Assembly: GCF_000018785.1 (NCBI RefSeq)
Contig: NC_010163.1
Span: 1,350,001-1,382,000 of the forward strand
DNA: 32,000 nucleotides
DNA from: Acholeplasma laidlawii PG-8A
Lineage (GTDB): Bacteria; Bacillota_I; Bacilli_A; Acholeplasmatales; Acholeplasmataceae
Direction: 5' to 3'
Below, one piece after another: positions 27,046 to 32,000 of the stretch; positions within the stretch are counted from its first letter, which is position 1; each line of letters begins with the position of its first letter. A model generated the notes under the pieces. That model was not told the DNA's origin. It was given only the letters and a program-made list of their open reading frames with translations, and ran no database searches. A program made the position numbers and the translations under genes.

Positions 27046-27627
27046 ATGACTATTGATTCTATTAGAAATGATATTATAAATCATTCTGATCAAACTGAAT
27101 TTACATCAAAAGGGTGGAAACCATTATTTGATGTAAGTAGTTCCTCCAAAATACTGATCATTGGCCAAGCACCAGGGATAAAGACTCAAGAAAAAAACTT
27201 GCTTTGGATGGATCAAAGTGGTAAAAAGTTAAGAAGTTGGTTGGGTGTTGATGAAAAGACATTCTATGACAACAAGTTATTTGGTCAAATGCCTATGGAT
27301 TTTTATTTTCCTGGTAAATCAAAGTCTGGTGATAAACCTCCAAGGAAGGACTTCGCATCAATGTGGCATCCAAAACTACTTAGTTTAATGCCCAATGTAA
27401 AACTAATTATACTTATTGGACAATACAGTCAAAGTTATTATTTAGGTAAAGATTTCAATCAAAACCTGACTCAAACAGTTAAATCTTATAATCAATATTT
27501 ACCAAAGTATTTTCCCCTACCACATCCATCACCTTTAAACTTATTTTGGTTAAAGAAAAACCCTTGGTTTGAAACGGATGTTCTACCTGTTTTACAACAA
27601 ATGATTCAAGAGATACTTCATACTTAA
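27046..27627 (+). CDS. Uracil-DNA glycosylase superfamily protein
   Basis: ILIIGQAPGIKTQEKNLLWMDQSGKKLRSWLGVDEKTFYD…FYFPGKSKSGDKPPRKDFASMWHP…IGQYSQSYYLG…FPLPHPSPLNLFWLKKNPWFE. ATG 27046 behind AAGAGGG; the track start at 27001 lies in the upstream terminator. Confidence 0.85.
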   Translation: MTIDSIRNDIINHSDQTEFTSKGWKPLFDVSSSSKILIIGQAPGIKTQEKNLLWMDQSGKKLRSWLGVDEKTFYDNKLFGQMPMDFYFPGKSKSGDKPPRKDFASMWHPKLLSLMPNVKLIILIGQYSQSYYLGKDFNQNLTQTVKSYNQYLPKYFPLPHPSPLNLFWLKKNPWFETDVLPVLQQMIQEILHT

Positions 27628-27637
27628 AGTACATTAA

Positions 27638-27662
27638 AAAACTCAAGCCTAGCTTGAGTTTT
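27638..27662. terminator. Bidirectional terminator between convergent genes
   Basis: aaaactcaagc-cta-gcttgagtttt, 11-bp perfect stem with A/T tails on both sides. Confidence 0.85.
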
Positions 27663-27668
27663 AAATTT

Positions 27669-29390
27669 TTAGTTGAACTTGATGTTATCTATATTGACTG
27701 TACCATAAAGTACTTCTATTTTGATTTGTACATTAGATTTATTGATTGTAGTTTTATAATACACGAAATCTTCTGTTAAGTCAGATATAGTATCTAGTAA
27801 TTCAAAAGTAGATGTTTCATCATTCATATAATAGATGTTGATGACACTTTCAAATGTGAAGTAACCGTTAGATCCAAATAGTCTTGCATCAAAGGATAAC
27901 GTATCTACATGGTCAAATGCGTCCACATTATACATATAGGCACTTTCAGTACTCATATAATGTGTACTAAGTCCTCTAAATCTTGCAACGACATTGCCAT
28001 GTACTTCACTATCCATATATGCAAGTTCTTTTTCACCATGCATATTGAGTGTATGTACTTCTTTCATCATAAAATCAATGTTTCCGATGGTTCTTACTTG
28101 TTCTACATAGTCAAAATCATTTGATGCCGTTTCAAAATCAATCACAACTGGTTCAGATTCTGGTGTATCTCCTGATTTATTAGTTACCCATAAAATATTA
28201 TCAAGCGTTAACCTGTGTCCACTACTTACTTCAATAGAAAGACTGTATGTACCTGTAATGTTTAAATTATCTATACTAAATGTTTTACCTTTATTAGCTT
28301 CGTCATCATCTTTAAATTTAAAGGATTCTATGAGTTCACCATTAATAAATACTTTAATAACTACATTGATTGCTTTATCTTTGCCATTGACTTGTGGGTA
28401 TGTAGATTTAGGTGAAAACGGTAGTCTTGCATCAAAGGATATACTTTGTAAACCATCATGAATTTCTGCTGCATAAATGCGTCCCATACCAGCATCTGTG
28501 TAGATATTACCGAAGCCTCCAATAGTTATGGCATTACCACCTTTTTTCATACCTAAGTCAATACGTGCATTTACCAGCTCCCAAAGTACATAGGTTTCGC
28601 CAATATAATCATAATCCATATACTCACTAGAGTTTTGTCCACTATCTTTAATTGCTTGAAGTGATTCAAAGTTTTCTCTAAGTGTTTCATTAGACTCTAC
28701 AATTATTTTTCCCCAAACCGCTTTAAAGTTTATATCATGAGCTGGCATTGTATCAGGAAGTTGATTGTCCCAACCTATAAATATATAACCTGGTTTTGTA
28801 GGATCTAGTGGTGCATAGATGTTTTCTTCATATGATAGTACTATAGGGTCAATCTCACTACCACCATCTGTATCAAAGGTAATGGTATAAGATGCTTTCG
28901 TCCAGATTGCTTTGACAGTTAAGCCGTTTAACGGCATCGTATCTGGTAATGTAGTATCCCAACCACTAAATATGTAACCTTCTTTGGTAGGTGCATCTAT
29001 TTCAGGTATTACCTCCAAATAAGGAAGCGTTAGTGCATCTATATTACTACCACCATCTGTATCAAACGTAATCTTATAGTTATTTGGTTCCCAAGTTGCC
29101 TTTAAAGTGACATGATGTGCCGGCATGATGGTTGGTACACTTGGTTCCCATCCAATAAAGATGTAGCCATCTTTAGTTGGTGGTGTTAGTTCTAGTTCAA
29201 TTTTGTCTCCTACTTTAAATGTTGCTGTATCAATATTTGATCCCCCATCGGTATCAAACATTAATGTATAACTTAATGGTATTTCTATGTGATCATCTGT
29301 TTGAGTCTTCGTATCACACGCCATTAAAAAAAGCATCATGGTTAGTAGAAAGACACCAAAAATGCTTATTTTAAATTTTTTGTTCATCAT
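27669..29390 (-). CDS. Surface lipoprotein with three InlB/Flg_new-type repeats and two beta-sandwich-like C-terminal modules
   Basis: 573 aa. Lipobox LFLMAC; three repeats (Y-x-(L/I)-x-F-D-T-D-G-G-S-x-I-D … P-T-K-x-G-Y-I-F-x-G-W … M-P … K-A-x-W). Confidence 0.85.
   Translation of the reverse strand: MMNKKFKISIFGVFLLTMMLFLMACDTKTQTDDHIEIPLSYTLMFDTDGGSNIDTATFKVGDKIELELTPPTKDGYIFIGWEPSVPTIMPAHHVTLKATWEPNNYKITFDTDGGSNIDALTLPYLEVIPEIDAPTKEGYIFSGWDTTLPDTMPLNGLTVKAIWTKASYTITFDTDGGSEIDPIVLSYEENIYAPLDPTKPGYIFIGWDNQLPDTMPAHDINFKAVWGKIIVESNETLRENFESLQAIKDSGQNSSEYMDYDYIGETYVLWELVNARIDLGMKKGGNAITIGGFGNIYTDAGMGRIYAAEIHDGLQSISFDARLPFSPKSTYPQVNGKDKAINVVIKVFINGELIESFKFKDDDEANKGKTFSIDNLNITGTYSLSIEVSSGHRLTLDNILWVTNKSGDTPESEPVVIDFETASNDFDYVEQVRTIGNIDFMMKEVHTLNMHGEKELAYMDSEVHGNVVARFRGLSTHYMSTESAYMYNVDAFDHVDTLSFDARLFGSNGYFTFESVINIYYMNDETSTFELLDTISDLTEDFVYYKTTINKSNVQIKIEVLYGTVNIDNIKFN
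28701..29270 (-). repeat. Three tandem ~63-64-aa Flg_new/InlB-type repeats
   Basis: aa 41-104, 105-167, 168-230: YTLMFDTDGGSNID…, YKITFDTDGGSNID…, YTITFDTDGGSEID…. Confidence 0.85.
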
Positions 29391-29455
29391 GTTATAGCCC
29401 CTCGCTTATGTTTTGTTTATGAGTTATTATAACATTATTGATTTAAATTTTTAAA

Positions 29456-30646
29456 TTAATCTTTATACTTTAGAAGATGACCCATTTTCTTTTGTTTAGT
29501 TCTTAGGTATTCTTCATTTTTTTCATTATGATTTAAAATAATAGGTTCTCTTGAAGTAATCTCCAAGCCATATCCAGATAACCCAGATATTTTAAGTGGG
29601 TTATTCGTCATTAATCTAATTTTACCCACACCTAAATCTTTAAGAATTTGAGCACCAATACCGTAATCTCTTAAGTCTTCTTCAAAACCTAATGCGATGT
29701 TAGCTTCTACAGTATCCATACCTAAATCTTGTAAGTGATATGCTTTAATCTTATTGATTAAACCAATACCACGTCCTTCTTGTCTCATGTAAAGAAGTAC
29801 ACCTTTGCCCGCTTTTTCGATGTTATCTAAAGCAGCTTGAAGCTGTTCACCACAATCACATTTAAGTGATCCAAAAGCATCACCTGTTAAACATTCAGAG
29901 TGTACACGTACTAATACTTCTTCACCTGGTTTAATATCACCTTTAACTAAGGCAACATGATGTTCACCACTAATGGCATTTTCAAAACCAACCATTCTAA
30001 ACTCACCATGTTTTGTAGGAAGCTTAGCCTCAGCTGCTTTTTTTACTAAACTTTCAGTCATTTGACGGTATCTAATAATAGATTCAACAGAAACGATTGG
30101 TAGTGCATGTTTTGTAGCAAATGCTATAATCTCATCCATCTTCATTGGTTGTTTATCTTTATTTAATAATAGTGATAACACACCAACTGGTTTAAGATTA
30201 GCTAGTTCAGACAAATCTACGATAGCTTCAGGATGTGCAACTCTTTTTAAAGTACCTCCTAATCTCGTAATTAAAGGAAATACAACACCATTTTTATGGT
30301 ATTCCACTTTCTTCTTATTTAATACAGATTGGGTGGTTGCCAATATATTGGATGGATCGTCTTTATGAGTATCAGTTAGTGAAATAGTAGTATCTTTAAA
30401 AGCGTGCATAGACCCAACTACTTCATAAACTGGATCAATGTTTAAACCTTCATAAAATTGTTTACTTGCAGCAACATAGATGTATTTATCACCATACTCT
30501 TTTAAAAAATTGATGTTCTCTAAGTTTAATTTTTCTGCATTAAAAATTAAACTCCCCGTATTTTGTAAATCATGATCATCTACAACAATGACAGGCTTAC
30601 TCATCTTGATTGCTTCAATGATGGATTGTACAGTATTAAACTCCAT
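29456..30646 (-). CDS. ribA: RibBA-like protein: intact GTP cyclohydrolase II domain fused to a degenerate DHBP-synthase (RibB) domain
   Basis: 396 aa. GCH II part has [56 protein letters not shown]. RibB part keeps the fold-like layout but reads [13 protein letters not shown] instead of VxDDExRENEGD. Confidence 0.88.
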   Translation of the reverse strand: MEFNTVQSIIEAIKMSKPVIVVDDHDLQNTGSLIFNAEKLNLENINFLKEYGDKYIYVAASKQFYEGLNIDPVYEVVGSMHAFKDTTISLTDTHKDDPSNILATTQSVLNKKKVEYHKNGVVFPLITRLGGTLKRVAHPEAIVDLSELANLKPVGVLSLLLNKDKQPMKMDEIIAFATKHALPIVSVESIIRYRQMTESLVKKAAEAKLPTKHGEFRMVGFENAISGEHHVALVKGDIKPGEEVLVRVHSECLTGDAFGSLKCDCGEQLQAALDNIEKAGKGVLLYMRQEGRGIGLINKIKAYHLQDLGMDTVEANIALGFEEDLRDYGIGAQILKDLGVGKIRLMTNNPLKISGLSGYGLEITSREPIILNHNEKNEEYLRTKQKKMGHLLKYKD

Positions 30647-30741
30647 GTTAAATTCATCTCCCTTTATTAGAAGTCACTTTCTTATAGGATCTTCTTTTTT
30701 TTGTTTTGTAACTTATTTTACAATGTAAGTTTCTATTTAAT

Positions 30742-30789
30742 ATAAAATATACTTCTATGTTTAGAAGTTTAACATAAAGTATATTTTAT
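30742..30789. other. Long AT-rich hairpin in the SRPBCC-ribA intergenic region
   Basis: ataaaatatactt (30742-30754) pairs with aagtatattttat (30777-30789), 13 bp; 1-nt bulge; tatgtt (30756-30761) pairs with aacata (30771-30776), 6 bp; 9-nt loop. Confidence 0.6.
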
Positions 30790-30859
30790 TGTAGGAAATA
30801 TTACATAAATTAAGTAAAGCATAGGTAAAAAGCTTTACCACACCAACCAAACTTAAGAA

Positions 30860-31285
30860 CTACTTATAACTTTCTGCATACTTCTTGATATTATCTAGAA
30901 TTGCTTGCCAACCTTTTTGTTGATGTTCAATTGGAAATTCATTTTCAGCATCTACAGTAAGCTTAACAGTAACAACACCTCTATGTTTAATAAATTCCAC
31001 TTCAATTTGTCTTTTATCGGTTAAATGATAATGAATTGATTGATGATATATGATCGAATCATATGTACCCATAAAATTAAATCCCATCGATTCATCCTTG
31101 GCTTCCATGCGGTAGTTAAATGCACCACCTTCTACAAAATTTGACTTTCCCTCTGTGACATGCCAATCATCACTTGCAAAACTCCATTTTACAACGTGTT
31201 TTGCATTATTATAAGTTTCCCAAACTACATCTATGTTTTGATGTATATCTGCTGTGATAACAAATTTTTTCATCATAGAAATCAT
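30860..31285 (-). CDS. SRPBCC / AHSA1-like domain protein
   Basis: VWETYNNAKHVVKWSFASDDWHVTEGKSNFVEGGAFNYRMEAKDESMGFNFMGTY…GWQAILDNIKKY. Start may be the internal ATG at 31276 given RBS spacing. Confidence 0.82.
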   Translation of the reverse strand: MISMMKKFVITADIHQNIDVVWETYNNAKHVVKWSFASDDWHVTEGKSNFVEGGAFNYRMEAKDESMGFNFMGTYDSIIYHQSIHYHLTDKRQIEVEFIKHRGVVTVKLTVDAENEFPIEHQQKGWQAILDNIKKYAESYK

Positions 31286-31390
31286 TCTCCTTATACTACA
31301 TTATATGCCTGTTTTTAGGACAATGTAATTTATATGCTTACGAGAAACTTATAATTTATACCATTTTTTTACTTTTATTACACTTTATAC

Positions 31391-31419
31391 TTTACTACGG
31401 TAGAGTAATAAAGTATAAT
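31391..31419 (+). promoter_or_regulatory. Candidate promoter of the solute-binding lipoprotein gene
   Basis: TTTACT (31391-31396), 17-nt spacer, TATAAT (31414-31419); inverted repeat ttatacttta (31385-31394)/taaagtataa (31409-31418) covers both elements. Confidence 0.6.
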
Positions 31420-31453
31420 AGTTTTAAATTAAATTGGAAAATGAGGAAAACAC

Positions 31454-32000
31454 ATGAAAAAATTATTTTTACTACTAAGTATCATGCTTACTACAATCGT
31501 ACTTACAGCTTGTAACGCAAACAACCTAACAGATTATGAATATATCGAACAAAAGGGGAGTTTCACTTTAGGTTACACAGACTTCCCACCAATGGGCTAT
31601 TTAGATAATGGTACACCAAGTGGCTTTGATATAGAAATAGCCACATTAGTCTTTGAACGTTTAGGTATTGAACTTAAATTTAAGTATATTGATTGGGATG
31701 CAAAAGTTGTAGAACTTGATTCAAAGAGAATTGACGCAATTTGGAATGGTTTGACAATCACAGATGAAAGAAAACTAGAAATGACCTTTTCTAAACCATA
31801 TTTTGACAACAATCTAATTATCATATCTAAAGAAGGATCTAACATTGATACTATAAGTGATCTAAGTGATAAAAATATCGGTTTAGAATTAGGTTCATCT
31901 GCAGATTTAAGTGTTGGTAAAAATGAGAACATTTTAAGCATTAGTAAAGAAGTTAAAAAATATAGTACATCTTCTGATGCAATTCTGGCGCTTAATGCTG
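31454..32000 (+). CDS. Amino-acid-type ABC transporter substrate-binding lipoprotein (partial, runs off the right edge)
   Basis: Not in the ORF track. MKKLFLLLSIMLTTIVLTACNANN… (lipobox LTAC), GSFTLGYTDFPPMGYLDNGTPSGFDIEIATLVFERLGIELKFKYIDWDAKVVELDSKRIDAIWNGLTITDERK. RBS gagga. Confidence 0.92.
   Translation, partial: MKKLFLLLSIMLTTIVLTACNANNLTDYEYIEQKGSFTLGYTDFPPMGYLDNGTPSGFDIEIATLVFERLGIELKFKYIDWDAKVVELDSKRIDAIWNGLTITDERKLEMTFSKPYFDNNLIIISKEGSNIDTISDLSDKNIGLELGSSADLSVGKNENILSISKEVKKYSTSSDAILALNA

Noticed and set aside
27909-28461. Plus-strand ORFs 27909..28124 and 28258..28461
   Set aside because: Antisense to the repeat lipoprotein.
31597-31941. Minus-strand 114-aa ORF in the track
   Set aside because: Antisense to a clear substrate-binding-protein CDS on the plus strand (31454..32000) with lipobox and RBS; the antisense ORF has no recognisable features.
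1-32000. Search for CRISPR arrays, tRNA/rRNA, phage or transposase genes, restriction or retron-type defence systems
   Set aside because: No regularly spaced repeats, RNA gene signatures, transposases, integrases or defence genes were recognised apart from the Fic/RelB-like pair.

Overview
AT-rich bacterial window that reads best as a Mollicute with the standard genetic code (Acholeplasma-like; this taxonomic call is inference). TGA works as a stop, for example pstA TGA overlapping the pstB ATG and speA TGA overlapping the speB ATG. Main contents, left to right: (1) start of nrdG (off the ORF track, GTG start) overlapping the end of nrdD; (2) a serine hydrolase and an orphan membrane protein; (3) a DUF975-like membrane protein; (4) a complete minus-strand pstS-pstC-pstA-pstB-phoU-phoB/P-phoR phosphate cluster with an upstream 3x11-bp Pho-box-like direct repeat; (5) a DagK-like kinase plus an ABC-2 type exporter; (6) lplA and a YczE/YitT-like protein; (7) pdhA-pdhB-pdhC(two lipoyl domains)-lpdA; (8) a RelB/DinJ-like antitoxin with a Fic protein; (9) an arginine/lysine/ornithine-type decarboxylase plus agmatinase; (10) an orphan membrane protein, a uracil-DNA-glycosylase-family protein, and a lipoprotein with InlB/Flg_new-type repeats; (11) a RibBA-like protein; (12) an SRPBCC/AHSA1 protein and the start of a solute-binding lipoprotein (off the ORF track). 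Most noteworthy: PstS appears circularly permuted, with the SGTR half before the GS-x-S / SR / NPV-x-x-(I/L)-T half. It sits beside a PstA with a ~115-aa extracytoplasmic insertion. The RibB half of RibBA has lost nearly all catalytic motifs while the GTP cyclohydrolase II half is intact. The Fic protein has a deviant motif (HPLREGNTRTLI) and is paired with a RelB/DinJ-type antitoxin. No phage, CRISPR, rRNA or tRNA was recognised.
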